Assembly: GCA_040285825.1 (NCBI GenBank)
Contig: JAUPSS010000003.1
Location: 310,001 to 374,000 of the forward strand
DNA length: 64,000 bases
Direction: 5' to 3'
Origin: Eukaryota sp. TZLM1-RC
Taxonomy: Eukaryota > Protista > Metamonada: BaSk clade
Positions within the stretch are counted from its first letter, which is position 1. Each line of letters begins with the position of its first letter. Below the pieces are notes generated by a model. It had not been told where the DNA came from. It did no database searches and saw only the letters and a program-made list of their open reading frames with translations. Shown here piece by piece: positions 46,256 through 60,100 of this stretch. The position numbers and the translations under genes are program-made.

Positions 46256-49200
46256 TGTTCCCGTTAGGCATTAGGCTAGCTGTATGTTAGATGTATGTGT
46301 AAGGCGGGTTAAGATATAGATAATTTTATTTAATGTTATTCTATATACTTAGGTACTCACTAGTGAGATACCTACACTACTTTCTCCTGTTTTCTTAATT
46401 GAAATTATTTACAGTTGTTCTTCCGCTTCCTTTTCGGATAACGCTTTTGCTAAGGCACGGGGAAAGCCCGAGCTGCGTTGTTGGATTTAATAGATTTACG
46501 TTTTCTTTTATTTGGTTTCTTATTAAATCGTTGATACGCTTCTGAATATCTGATAGAATGGAGTGGTTCCTCGGTAGTATCTCCACCAAACCATTTTACA
46601 GTACAGAAGAGTCCTTGAGCAGTATTATACTCGTCAAGGATTTCCTCGATGACATGTTTACCTGAATCTGTGGCTGTGATGGCCCTAAGTCGATCGACAT
46701 CGTTAGGATCGTCAGCATTATAAATTTTACAGTCCCTCTCAGATACTTTTGTTTGTTCACCAGTCGTCAGGTTCTTTATTAATAAAGTGGAGTTGGAAGG
46801 GGTTTCTAAAACCAGATGTGGGCCTAACCAAGATCCATGCAATTTATTAGGTTGTTTAGTCTTTCGAAGAATATAGTCACCAATATTATATGTATTTTCA
46901 TCTATGTTTTTCGTATTATTGGGTGTGTTTGATCGTTGGAGATGCTCGGCTTCTTCCCATCTCTTTTGAAGACGTTCATTCTTTAAATTGAGGTCTTGCA
47001 AAAGTGGTACATTGGATTCAATATCGAAAATGCCTCCTAGGATGTTAGCAGGATCTGATCTTGGGCTGATAGATGACCCAAACATCAGTTCGTATGGAGT
47101 GTGATTTGTTATTCTACTTTTGGTTGAATTAATTAATAGTTGAGTTAATGGTACATATGTGGACCATGAATCATAGTCGTTGTAATCTATTGATAATTTC
47201 CTTATACATTGTATCACATCTCGATGTTTTCTTTCAACCAATTCATTGCTTTCAGAATTGTAAGCAATTGAATTAGACACTTCAATTGACATTCTTTGGC
47301 AAAGCAATTTAAATATTTCGTTGGCGAACTCAGGGCCAGTATCACTATGTATAGGCATAGGTATACCAAAAAAAGCGCAGATGTTCCATATCAAAGCATC
47401 TGCTACTTCAAAGACATTAAGTTCTTTTAAAGGTACAAGTAATGTATACCTTGTAAATGAATCGACAAAAACTAGTAAATATTTTATATTTTTTTATTGA
47501 GTGGTCCAATTGTATCCACGTTTGATCTTGCGAAAGGGCGATTAGCCCACAGGGAACCAGTTGAGGGAGTCTTTGATTGCTTTACTGGTGCTGTTTTCTG
47601 GCAAGTAGGACAACGTTCTATATGTTTGATGAGATCTTTTCTCATGTTTGGCCAGTAAAAATCGCTTTTAAAATGTTTATGAAGGCTTTCGTTTTTGCTA
47701 AGGTGGCCTGATTGGGTTAAACCATGCATTAGGTTGAGTGCCGTTATCCTTAGTTTGGTCGGAATTATCATTTTATTATTATTATTTAACCAGATTTCTG
47801 TGTTTTTGCATAGTGTAACGTTTTTGAATAATGGATCATTATTGCTAATGGCTAGTTGTTGCTCTGATCTAACTTTTGAGAGCCAATTTAAAAAAATGGG
47901 AAAATCTGGGTGCTTTGCTAATTCGAAAATGTGGATTGCATCTGGATCGTCATAATCAAAATCGTTGTCGGGGAGTGGTATTTAACCATGCCAAAAAGGA
48001 TCATGTGGGTAGTTGATGTGATTTATTTCCGGGTTTTCTAAATTTGTATCTATGTTTCTTGACATCATGTCAGCCCAGTTATTGTCTTCTCCTTTTTCGT
48101 GTACGATATCAAAGTCAAATTTTGACAAGATAGGTAACCATCTTTTGACGATTCTGTTCTTTTCAGGAGCCGTGGCGAGGAATGCAATATTCCTGTGATC
48201 TGTAAAAATGGTCAGATGTCTAGTAATGAGAAAGCTTTCCAGATGACTTTTTGTTAGTATTAATAGTATCGCATATAATTCTTTTTGTAAAGTAGACCAA
48301 CGCTTTTGAGTATCGGTTAAAATCCTACTATAAAAGGAAATTGGTGTTACTTTTCTATCTTTTAATGCAGTTCCAATGGGTGCATAAGGTGCGATTTCTT
48401 GCCAAATGACTCCTCCTACTGCGATGTCAGATGCATCGGTGCTAATCAGAATGCGTTTATCTGGTGAAGGTAATTCCAGAGGCATGTGATTAATAATCAG
48501 TTGTTTTATTTGATCTTATAGATGATCGTGTTTGGCTTCCCAATTTACACGACGTTGTTTGTGCTTAATTAGCTCATTTATGGGTGCTATTAGTTGTGAA
48601 ATATTTGGGAGCCAATCTCTTATGAAATTGACTGAGCCAACTAATGACCGTACTTCCTTGATAGTTTTTGGAGCAGGTATGTTTATTAAGGCATCTACTC
48701 GTTTTTTGCTAATTTTTTGTTGTTTGAATTGGAAAGTGCTGCCTAAAATGTCAATTGGTTGGTTGTCAGTAACGAATTTACATTTATTGACTCTTCTACT
48801 CCTTGCGCATTGCAGTACCCTCTGTATTCTGTCAAAGAATTCTTGAAGGGTTGATCCTATTATGATTATGTCGTCGATGTAAATAAATACTCCTTCTATT
48901 TGGAAAATTTCCATCATTACATTTTAAAAAATCGCTGGGATATTCTTTTAGTCCGAAGCATGCCCTTTTAAACATAATAGATCTGCCAGGAATAGAGATA
49001 GATGTCTTTTCAATATCTTCGTCAGCTACTTTCATTTGCCAAAAAGCTTTTGGGAGATCCAAAGTGGCAATAAAGTTGGTCTGACTCAGAAATTCCAAAA
49101 CATCTGAGATTAATGGTAAGTTGGACTCGACCGGAATTGTATGAGCGTTAACTCCATCTTTACCACTGAAATCGCCCGTCAACCTCGGTTTACGATCATC

Positions 49201-50980
49201 AGGGTATATCACTAATACTATTGGGGAACTAAACTTGTAGTTCGATTCAATTGCATATCCCATTTCAATCAATTCATCAAAAATCTGGTTGGCTATTTGT
49301 AATTTCCTTGGGTTGAGGCCCCGAGCTGGTTTATGTACAATTGTATTAGTATTGTAGAAGGGGATCGTCATAGGTGGACAATCGATTCCATCTATATTGG
49401 GCTTTTCGCTGAATACGTCCTTGTATTGAGCTAATATATCAGACAAACTCTTATTATACTTACTGTCCTCTAAATTAATCTCACATCCAGATCTATCCAA
49501 TTGCTGAGTAAAATCTTCTTCACTGCAAGAAGTTGATTCTACGTGGCCAATTTGGTGAGCTTTAATTCTGTTATCAAAAATGGCTTCAGCATTTAGCAGG
49601 GTGCGGCGCTCTTCGTCTAGTAAGATAAATAAACAGTCAGATGTCAGTAGCCCAAGTTGTTGTAACATGTCTACCCCAATTAAAAATTTGTTCGAACCTG
49701 GTATAACGGGGAGAGTATGGTTTATTGATACTTGATTCGCGATGCTGCCAACATTGAACGTCAGAATGCTTTGTGCACTCTCAAACGAATTCTTTGATAC
49801 ATTGCTAGCAGGGATGAATTGTGTTATATCGTTTTCATATATGGACATTGAACACCGATTTGCTAGGTCGAGGGAGATGACAGAACAAAATGCAGCTGTG
49901 TCTGTCATGCCTTTTATGACCGTATCGTTGTTTCTAACCTGAAGCTCTGAAAACTGAGGCTGCTTGGATCTGTTGTGGTTCATACAAGGTGCAGATTCAT
50001 CTGCTCGATTGTATAAATCTCTTTCTAAACTGTTTAAATTCAAATATTTATCTACTTAATTATCATTACCGAAAGAGAGTGGGTTTAAGAGGGATGCTTG
50101 AGCTGAATGTTCCAAATGGCTAGTTGAATAAATATGGCTCAATTCGGGAGCTGTAGCGTGCGATGATTGGTGTATATAAAACATATATGCACGATGTTTA
50201 TTTCCTCTAGTACCACGGCCACCTCGGTCCCTATGTCTACCTTGGCCTTTACTATGGCCTCTATGAATATTTTTAAAACTATCATAACTACCTCTGATCG
50301 GTCTTCCTCGGCCTCTACTTCTGCCGGCGCTTCTTCGTTGATTTAGTGGAACCAGAGATCTGGTGCATCCGGAATCTTCGCATTCTGCAATAACATGGCC
50401 TGGCTTCTGACAGAAAGTGCAGAATTTGTGGCCTCCTCTGTAATACTTCTCTTTTTTTAGATTGGGGATGGATGAATCTGGTTGGCTTGTTCTCTTTTTC
50501 CCGGCTGAGATGTGAAAATCACCTGTTTCTATCTTGGGTCTGGACGCAGCTTTCCTCAATAGCTGGACCATTTCCCTATTTTGCGCAACCTTCATCCATG
50601 ATAATAGGTCATTTCTTACCTTCCTTGTTGGTTTAGGGAAGCTCACCAGCTTGTTCTTCCAATAGCTCTCCTTACAGAATTCTTCAAACAGGGGCTCAGT
50701 GAAAGCCAAGTTGTTAATGCCTGTTAAAAAAGGCATGAGCCACTATTGACATTGGAAGAGTGAATACTTCGTTCGAGTGATCCACATCTTCGATCCTGGC
50801 TGATACATCAGTGATGTATGTAGACATTCTCAGGATGTCTCCAAAATTTTCCATGTATATTGCAAACTCCCTTTCCGCGTCTTCGATTGAATTGACTTTA
50901 CGCCAATTGAATTGTGGTTTGTGGAGGGTTAATTTGGCGTCGTGGAGCGAGTTGAATTAGCTCCTCCTACAAAGAAGCAG
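46256..50980 (-). mobile_element. Degenerate Gypsy LTR retrotransposon (second family); no 5' LTR seen
   Basis: gag CTFCQKPGHVIAEC (50056-50736); PR/RT 48832-50043; YIDDIII; RNase H; integrase with chromo-like HVIEEIL..TVKWFG; PPT GAAAACAGGAGAAAGTAG then a putative LTR at ~46256-46376. Confidence 0.88.
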
Positions 50981-52064
50981 TAGAATTTCTGCGTCAAATT
51001 TTTTATTTTAAACAAAAACCACTTCATCATCTTCGGTCACTTGTGAAGAACTCTTTGTACGTTTTTAGACCACGCACTGTGTGAAATTCCAAAACTGCGA
51101 TTGTGTTTAAGCAATAACTGAATACATACATTTCAAAAAGCAAGGAAAATCTTCAATGCTTAGGGTGTGAGTTAGTGAAAATTCACTTGATTTCTGCGCC
51201 CTGTTTCTTGAAGGCATAAAAAAGAGGATACAGGGTCCCACACAACAAGAAAAAGGTCAGTGAACATAGAAATGGACAGTATGTATTATCAAATATAAAC
51301 AACAAAGATTAACATTCAAAAGAAGAAAGAATACTGTATAGGTGAATCAGACTTTAACCAGCAGTTTTTTCGAACTTTTTTTGCCATTTCACATACAGTA
51401 CTGTACATGTCTCAGAATGTGTGCAAAACAATTACTATGAAAAACAAGTAGTCAATAATTTTTGGCTATCAATTTAACCCTTGTTGAAATAATCTATTGA
51501 ACGTTTGTGGTACTTGATGCAGTAGACCACTAAAGATGTTCAATCTACTTTAAACAGTAGTGTGTAATTTTTAATAAACAGTAAAATTTAGAAACAAGCC
51601 ACGTATGGCATTAAGAATCATGTACGCATGGTTATCGAAAATTTTGTAGTAATGTTGAGCTGGTTTTTCCGCAAAAATTAGGTGGAAAAATTTGTTCTTA
51701 TATAATTGAAGGTGCAACAGTTTCATCAGAATTCAGCAGAATTCCTCATTGAATGTTTTTCTTGTTTGTGAGAATTTGTTCATATACAATTAATGTGGAA
51801 GTTATCTTTTTCGCATTGTAACTTCTCAGAATCTTTTTTTAAACACTGAAATCAAATGTCCTCACAATCCACACATACTATCAAAAACTGACGTACAGCC
51901 TCTATTCATAATAATTTCCAAGTAGATAACAACGAAATAAAACCCAGGCTGTACATTCCTTTGAAATTAGAAAATTGAATTTTATTTTACCAGAAAATTC
52001 AAATATTCTTCCAGATCTATTGTTGACAATGTTAGAAAAATCATCTAGAAAAAATCAATCAGTT

Positions 52065-52790
52065 TTACCCAGGACTCAAAATAAGTAGAATGCAAAAGGA
52101 CAAAGAAAGCAGTGGGTGTTTGGGAAATTGTTGATTCTCATAATACTTGATAATTTTGGCATTCTCAGTTCTATATAAAGGTGAATTATAAGAGAGTGTA
52201 TGTTTTTCATTTGAGTTATTTGGAGCACCTGTAGATCTGATATCAATGATAATGACTGACCCAGCAACACCTAGAACTAACACATCTCTGCGACTATCAT
52301 TAAATGAGGCTCTGTCAGAGTAATCAGCCAAATTAGAAAACAAAGGGTCTAAAAAACTCAATTTTAAAGGACTTACACTTGCAATATAGTTGATTACAAA
52401 TTGCATCATGAACTTTTGATCTAAAAGTAATAAAACAATTACAATTAGAAAAATGGGTTGGGTGACATTTTACAACAATTACAACTTAAACCATGGAAAA
52501 GATTATGAGGCGCAGTATACAATCGAAGAGGTATAGATAATAAAAGACAAAGGGTCATCCAGAAACAAGCCATAAATTCTTGATACAGGATTAATTACAC
52601 AAGAAGCACTATTACGAACATCCAGTAAAAAATTTGCACAAGCGGGATTGTTTAATTTGGTCATGCCAATCGTACATAATCCAAGCCTTCAAAAAATAAT
52701 GGAAGTTTTTGTTGGAGCTTCTTTACACTATACCTAAAACTAATTAAATTTCTTGGATGAATATCTTGAACTGCGTCAGGAAAACATTGT
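52065..52790 (-). pseudogene. Highly degenerate CRE-like RLE remnant
   Basis: FLDPL..SRRDVLV..IIIDI..AKIIKY; upstream piece resembles VRLG..NPA.ANFL. Confidence 0.65.
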
Positions 52791-53127
52791 CAGCAGTTTC
52801 TGGTAAAACTCTGATAAATGCAATATAGAGAACATGCAAATATTGAAGAGTGATGCTTGAGTCTTAAACTATGTTTTGCATGTAGTAAAATACAACCATC
52901 TGCACTTGTTACATTTTGGTTACATTATACTGAAATACAAAATTAACAAAAGAAATTCGAACAAAGAAGAGTGTTATTAAATCGCATTTGATTGTGTTAG
53001 GAGAACGCAAACAGATTAATCAAACAAGACCGAATTGTATTTCGCTAATAACACATTTTTTAACATTCGGGGAAAATCCGTGGAGAAGAAAACTAATGAA
53101 AATAGGCTGTGTCAACGATAAAGAAAT

Positions 53128-53651
53128 TTATTTCTACAATGAGCGAATGATATAGGAAACACACCAGAGAGACGAATTTGGAGGAGTTTGTGGCACCAAC
53201 ACCTGGTCTTCCATGACGACTACGATAAAAATAATAGACAGAACATACACTGGACGATAGGAGATAGAGAATTCTCCGAGATACTTACCAATCATATCAG
53301 GCTTGGATGAGTGGTGGAAGGGCGACCTACCTTGATTTCCACGGCATTGAAAGTTTTTCCATTGTAAATACCTACTACGGATCCGATCATCGATGGAAGA
53401 ACAATCATGTTGCGGAGATGAGTCTTGACAACTTCTGGCTTCTGTCCTGGTTCGGTACAAGCTTTTTTGGCCTTGTTGAGCTTTTCAATCAAGGTCTTTT
53501 CCTTGAGACCAATGCCACGGAGCATCTTGCGGCGACCGCGAGAATCTAGAAGCTCGATAAATTCAGATGTTGGCATATCAACTAGTTGTTCGATATCAAC
53601 GCCGCGGAAGGTATAGCGACGGAAAGCTCTCTTTTTTCTAGCTTCAGGCAT
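53128..53651 (-). CDS. RPS15: 40S ribosomal protein S15 (uS19); introns at 53302-53330, 53220-53248 and 53134-53164
   Basis: RRYTFRGVD, VKTHLRNMIVLP, GIYNGK; the spliced product ends [21 protein letters not shown]. Confidence 0.97.
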
Positions 53652-54278
53652 ATTGCTGAGGTGAGAGACGAGAGATCATACGGAAATAGGAGAAAAGGAC
53701 ATTTTTTTATAATCGAACTGTGGAGTAATTCAAACTACAGTTTATTTCTTCAATTGTGTTGCTCACTATCTATTTTGGTTTAGTTTTCCTGCCTCTCTGG
53801 TGGAATTGTCATAAAGTTTGGAAGAATTCTACTTTCCTGAACCAATAATTACAGGGATGTAAAAAGGCAGATTTTGCACAGAAACTAGACATCTTCAAAA
53901 TTAGACTAAAGGTAAACCAAACTGAACCTAAAGCAGTTCTGGAATAGGAGGGTTTTTCAAACCAAAATCTACACAGTCTACAAAAAGTGAACTTTGTGAT
54001 TCGAGCTTATTTGGTATTATAATGAATAAATTTTTTTATCAAACATAGTTATACATAAAACTGAAGAGTCGATTAAAATTGTGATATTGAAGAAGAATTT
54101 TGTTTTCAATGTAGACTACTGGCAACTTCAGGTTAAGGGATGCAAATATGGCAAGAAATGCAAGAATCTGGTTTGTCAAACAACCTCCACTAGAAGCAAC
54201 ACTGCCAAATGTTAGAAACAAGCAGCAAAAAATGAAAATCTTGCAAATAAAACTATTTACTTCAAATCATCTATCCCA

Positions 54279-55582
54279 ATGATCGACCATGAATCAGCAC
54301 CTCTTCTTTCTCTAAATACTGATGTCACGAGTTTGCACACTGTTCCTCTGAAGGACCGCAGCTCTGTTACACGGGTTGTTTTCAATTTGATCAAATGCTT
54401 TTTGGGGAGCGGTGTGCTCACTCTCCCGTTGGCCTTCAAAAATGCAGGCTATGTTGGTGGCCTTGTTATGTTTCCTTTTTCTCTAGTATGTTGTTATTTC
54501 CTTCTTATTATAGATTGTTTGCCTCTATTCTATGCATATACTTTTGCAGTGTCGAACGAGACAGCCTGAAGCACCAACGTACTGTGATCTTGTCGGATCT
54601 GCTTATGGGCGCACAGCTCAAGCACTCACAAACGTATGCCTGGTATCGTTTCAAATTTGTTGTTGTATCGCTTACATAGTTCTAGCTTCTGGTAACCTGA
54701 ATCTGGTTTTTCCCAGGTTTTCACAATTGGAGTATGTCTACATGATATTCTTTCCTGTGGGTCTTCTGTGTTTGCTCAAGACTCCCAAGAAACTTGCTCC
54801 TTTCTCTCTCCTCGCGAACATGGCTCTGGTTTCTGTTCTTGTTCTAGTGTCATTTTTCTCGAGTCGAGAGCTAATCAACAACGGTCCTTCACCCGATCCT
54901 GTACCTTTAAATACTGGATCGTTTTTGTCTTCAATTGGCATATTTATATATAGTTTTGAAGGTACGTAAGTGGTGTTTATTCATTTTAGGTGTAACTTTA
55001 ATATTGCCTTTGTTTAACACAATGAAGAAGCAAAAGAAATTTGAAGGGGTATTGAAAACAACATTGACAATACTCGCTGTTGTATACATTGCTTATGCTT
55101 TAGGTTCTTGTTTTGCTTTTGGGAATGAAATTGATGGTATTATTACGAAGCTCATTCCCCATTCGTATGCTGTCTACAGTGAATTGTTTGTTGCCTTTTC
55201 TCTTTTGCTTACCTATCCTCTTATGATGTTTCCAGTTTTTGAAATCTTTGAAAAGAAGGCAAGCACTGAGGATCTATATCCTCGGAGACCCTCGTTTCTA
55301 GGTGCAATAGGCCGCTCTACATTCCGCCTTGCATTTGTTATTTTTGCGTTCATCATTTCTATGTTTATGTTAGATCATGTGGGTGAGGTTTGTAGTATTG
55401 CTGGAGCAACATTTGGCAGTGTACTTTGCTTTATTTTGCCTGCATCTATACATCTAAAAATATATGGGAAGGAATGTTCAATTTGGAGAAGAATTCTTCA
55501 TTTAATGATCATAGTTTTTGGGGTTACAGTAATGATACTGGTAACATATCAAGATATTCAACAATTGTTGAAAACATTGTAA
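54279..55582 (+). CDS. AAAP/SLC36-like amino acid transporter; introns at 54486-54513 and 54962-54989
   Basis: FNLIKCFLGSGVLTLPLAFKNAG, YSFEG, TYPL, FILPA; two 28-nt GT..AG introns restore the frame. Confidence 0.9.
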
Positions 55583-55598
55583 ATGTAAATAAATTTCC

Positions 55599-56168
55599 TT
55601 AAGCATTATTGTTTTTTCTTTTAGTCAGAGGGGTAACTGTGTCAACAACTGCTCGATCTACATCTGTATCAGGAACTGACTTCACCAATTGAAATATAGT
55701 TTCAAGTTCTGTTAATAAACACACAATTAGGTTTTTCTCTGTTTCAATATCCTGTGAAAGGGAAGTGCAACGATTCTCTAAATCAAAAGCCTGCAATGAG
55801 ACTGTATTCACATAAGCTTCTACAGAAGACATATCGAAATCTGACATCGAAGAACAAGTAGACTGCAAATTGATGAGATGTTGAATGTAACCATCAATTT
55901 CCGAGAACACGGAAGAGAAAGTCGAATCACAGAAAGAAGAACACTGGAAAAGTTGGGAATGTATATCTTGAAGCTGTGTGTGCAGAGTTTCAGAATCATC
56001 ATCTTGTAATTCATTAACTGGAGCAGGAGGCAAACTTGATAGAAAAACAGACTTACAATTGTTATACACTTCTAGAAGAGTACTGAGTTCATGTCGAGAG
56101 TCTTGAGGATTGATAGTACCTACAGAGTCGTCCAGAATATGCTCAATGGTCTTAATACGAGATGACAT
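55599..56168 (-). CDS. Hypothetical coiled-coil protein
   Basis: Probable start MSSRIKT at 56168; the upstream part of the listed ORF overlaps the Fanzor remnant. Confidence 0.6.
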   Translation of the reverse strand: MSSRIKTIEHILDDSVGTINPQDSRHELSTLLEVYNNCKSVFLSSLPPAPVNELQDDDSETLHTQLQDIHSQLFQCSSFCDSTFSSVFSEIDGYIQHLINLQSTCSSMSDFDMSSVEAYVNTVSLQAFDLENRCTSLSQDIETEKNLIVCLLTELETIFQLVKSVPDTDVDRAVVDTVTPLTKRKNNNA

Positions 56169-56198
56169 GAAATTGTAAATTTGAATCATATTTTTTAA

Positions 56199-56880
56199 AT
56201 GGAGAGATTTGCATCTCGGCTTGCGTATTTTCAAATTCGCAACACCATAGAAGTTCACAACCAACGTCCTCTCACGTTTATTCTTAACAATGCTATAGAC
56301 CTTCGATCTTCTTTTATCCCAGTACATTAATTAATTTTTGATCCCTTCACCCACAAATACCCCTGATGCACTCTCCCAACCAATATTCCGTTCAAAATTT
56401 CAACCAATATTTGAACCATTGGATTTTGGTCAGGAGGAAAGTGTATTTGGAAAGTAATCGCCAGAAGTGGAAAATAATTACATTTGATAATCGAAGACGA
56501 AAAGTGAGACGGTTCAGAGAGACTCTCAACAAATTTCAAAGGCTGGCTGGTCATCCTGAAAAACTCTATCTTGCTGTGGGTTCTGCTAATTTCCCTTCTC
56601 TTTGCCGAAAAGTCAATCGATATGGATCAGCAAGGGCTTTCAGAAAATGGTTGTGTTATCAAAAGGATGTGAAGCACTTGTCAACCAGTGAATTTAATAC
56701 AAGCCAACTGTCAAGTTGTTGCATGGCCGAGAATATTCAAGCAGGCTCATGGCAGATGCGTATTTGTACTGAGTGTCAAATAGTATATGACAGAGATATT
56801 GCCGCTGCAAAAAAATATTCAAATTAAGAAGAAAGCAGAATTGTGGCCGGAAAGATACATTTGTCCAGATGCTTTGTTGA
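56199..56880 (+). pseudogene. Fanzor C-terminal remnant (divergent family)
   Basis: LAVGSANF, TSEFNTSQLSSCC, CTECQIVYDRDIAAAK (RuvC-II/III and zinc finger); RuvC-I not seen; boundaries approximate. Confidence 0.8.
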
Positions 56881-56999
56881 GGAGATGAATGGAGAACCTG
56901 AGCATACACAAAGAAAAACTTTGGAAAAACTGGTGTTCCATTTTGAGTTTATTATTATTTTTTCTAATTTTTTTGAAAAACTTTTGAGACCGATGTACA

Positions 57000-57170
57000 G
57001 ATGCATTAGTGGCATTTGGTAGATCCGCTTAGATACATCAAGTCGCGAGGCTTTGTTCTGGGAAGCAGTAGGTGTATTTAAGTGAGGTAGCCCATTGATG
57101 AAGATCATGATTGTCTTTGTCAAATGATGCTACATGTCTCTTACAGCCTGTGAGTAGACATTGAGAAAGT
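57000..57170 (+). ncRNA. Structured RNA candidate downstream of the Fanzor remnant
   Basis: 14-bp G-U-rich stem 57026-57039/57071-57084, GCGA tetraloop hairpin 57040-57053, terminal hairpin 57134-57161. Confidence 0.55.
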
Positions 57171-57194
57171 TGAAAACAGGAGTGAATTTCACAC

Positions 57195-60100
57195 ATGATA
57201 AGTGAAATTCACAGTGATAAATTCACAATTCCAAAGTCCCAAAACATGGTTGAAAACGAGCCTCCCTTACTTACAGTCCCTCCTGTACATATATCATCTA
57301 CTATAGATATACCTTCATCATCAGATTCGGATTGGACAATTGATTCTCCATTATCTCCATATGTTCCACTCTATAATGCTTCTATGCTCAAAGGCGTAGT
57401 CATAACTAATGACTCAGACCTAGATGAGGATGAGGATGATCTCTCAATGGCACTATGCTCTTCGTTTCGCCCTCCACCTTTTCCACTTCCTCCTACTCGC
57501 ACGGAAACAACTTTGGATGATACTGCTTTACTGGAACAATCTTCTGCAATTCTGATGAAATTATCTACTGTCTTTGAAGACAAAAACACCAGGAAAACCG
57601 CATCACTTTCTGATATTGGGTCTCCAAAAGCTGCACTACCTTTACCTTTACCTCGACCTGACACTGGTGTCTCGAACAATGAATATGATAAGCTATTTCA
57701 ATTTGCACTGGAAAACGATGTCACATCATTTCACTCCTTTTTAAATCATTTCGACCCCCATTCTGTACTTTGGGCCCTGGTTACTTGGATTGAGTTTTCT
57801 CCCAGAGTCAAGGAAGTTTTTCTCTCAACTTATAACCAACTCACCTACACTTCATTAGTTTTTGATTTTGTAAAGTTTTATCTTGAGGAAGATTTTGATG
57901 GAATAATAGATTTAATCAGCGTCAAACTTGAATCCTTTGACGATACTCTTGAATTCTTTTATTGTCTTGCTTTTACTTTTGTTTCTTTTTCTTTAGAGTC
58001 AAAATCTGTGTTTAATTTGATTCCAATCAAAAAATCGTTAGCAGTCAACCATCAATCACGTCATGTTGCTTGGTTTCGGTCAAAAATGAGTGTTATCAAA
58101 CAGTTGATTACTGATTTTGAACCAAAACCTGTGATTAATGACCCAGTCTGTGCTTTTCTGACTGCTTATATTCTGGGGGTAAAGGAGTCAATCATCTTTC
58201 AATCGTCCAGTCAATCAATCAAAGTGGTTTTAAACTGCTTCCATGTCGATTTCCCTCCTCCGTTAGCACTTTTTTTGGGTTTGTTGCTCAACCATCAACA
58301 CTCAATCGTCAATCAAATCACCCTATCTCGATTGTTGGATTATGGACTCAACCTTCCTTCCATTTACCATTTTAACCTATCAAATTTCCTCAAATGTTTT
58401 GCTGAAACAACCCTTTTATCAGGATTACTTTCTTTATCCTCATTTGCCTACCACTCTCTTTTGAGAAGAGCCTCCACCAAAGCTGATGTTTCTTCTACTG
58501 GGCTGGCCCTTTCTAATTTATTCAGTTTATCTGGAAAGTTTTTAGTTTTCAGAGACAAAATTGAAGACAAGGTCATTCAATCTTTGGGTATTTCCTTTTG
58601 GATATCTGCTTTTAATGAAATTGATTTGAGACATGTTATTAAAAATGATTCTGTAGTTGTTGAATCCCATTTCAAATTAGTTAATATCATCATTGAAGAA
58701 CTTTGTACTTATTGTTATCTTTGCGAAGTTCATAATCTGTTTCAACGTGGCTTAGATAATTTAGACAAGTTCTTTAATAGTAGAAGTCAATCATATTCTC
58801 TAAATCATGCAATCAAATCACGTGACCAATCATTTTTGATTCTTTATTATCATAAGGCTAGGTTATTGATTCTTAAGCAAGATTATTCTGCCGCTCTGAA
58901 TATCATTTCTCTAGTTTTGTCTAACCAATTCTTGTTAGCATCCAACAACAATATTATTTTATACTTCAAATTATTACTGATATCCATCTACAATCAATTC
59001 CTTTGTAGAAATACTAAGTTTGATAAGGAAATTGTCATTACCCCTCAACATTGTTTTTCATCTAAACTTTATCTTTTGGATTGCTGTCTGGCTACCATTA
59101 ACGAAGTAAACCAGCATTCGCCACTATTCATGGAGTTTCAAAGAGTTCGAATCAAGGCAGCTGGAAGTTTCCTTTCTTGTATAGTCCTTCAATCAAAATT
59201 GTTGACCCCCTCTTCTGATCTGATTGAGTCAAAACTTTCCTCTTTCGATGTTCCACTTTTGTCTTCTATTTTGACCTATTGTTCTGGTCTGTTCTGTCCA
59301 TTAAAGTATTGTAGGTGTTGCTTGGACATTGTTTTTATCTTTGTCTTCAAGAACTACATTCCTTTAGCTTTACATTCATTTAAGACCTTTTGTCAGGTTT
59401 TCTTCAAGTATTTTTTGATTTCATTTAACCAATCTATTGTTTCCATCGCCAATTTTCCTGAAATGTATAGGTTGAAAGTCCAAAATTTACTTCTAACAGC
59501 AGTACTTGTGATTGTTCTTTTAGTTCAAAAAGAAGTGGATGTTATCGAATTTCTTTGGATTTTTGACCTTTTGATCACGTTTGATGATGTGTCAAAAGCC
59601 CACTGTGATTTATACAAGTCACATTGCCCTCTTTATGTCACTAGCACCACATTTACTTCTTTACCCACCATTTCGACCGTAAGTAAAAGTCTTTGCTTGA
59701 ATTTCTGGATCTCAAAACACATTGGTAATGTCCGACAAACTCTTTGGACCTTGCTTTCAATCGGTAGACGTAACGCCCTGTTTGGTTCTCAAAGAGCCCA
59801 GGGTGAAAACTTCAAGCTTAATTCCTTCAAATGCCTGGATCGTTACTTATTGATAATGTCGGCCCTACGAAGCTATGTTGCTTTGGGATCAAAAAAGTGT
59901 GTCTGCAAAATTTTAAACATGTCCGTTGATGAGCTCAACGACTCCGATCTTGATCCACCTTTTGATTCGTTGCTGACAGGGTATTTGGAAAGAACGAATG
60001 ATGACAAGAATTACATTTTACCTGTTCTGGATGGTATATTAGTCTTTTCTGGTCAACGGATGACGTATCATTATGAACCTGTTGAACAGAGCCAACCCGT

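Noticed and set aside
57081-57110. U3 snoRNA from CCATTGATGA (box C-like)
   Set aside because: No box D CTGA or box A found; SRP and RNase P/MRP core motifs were also not recognised.
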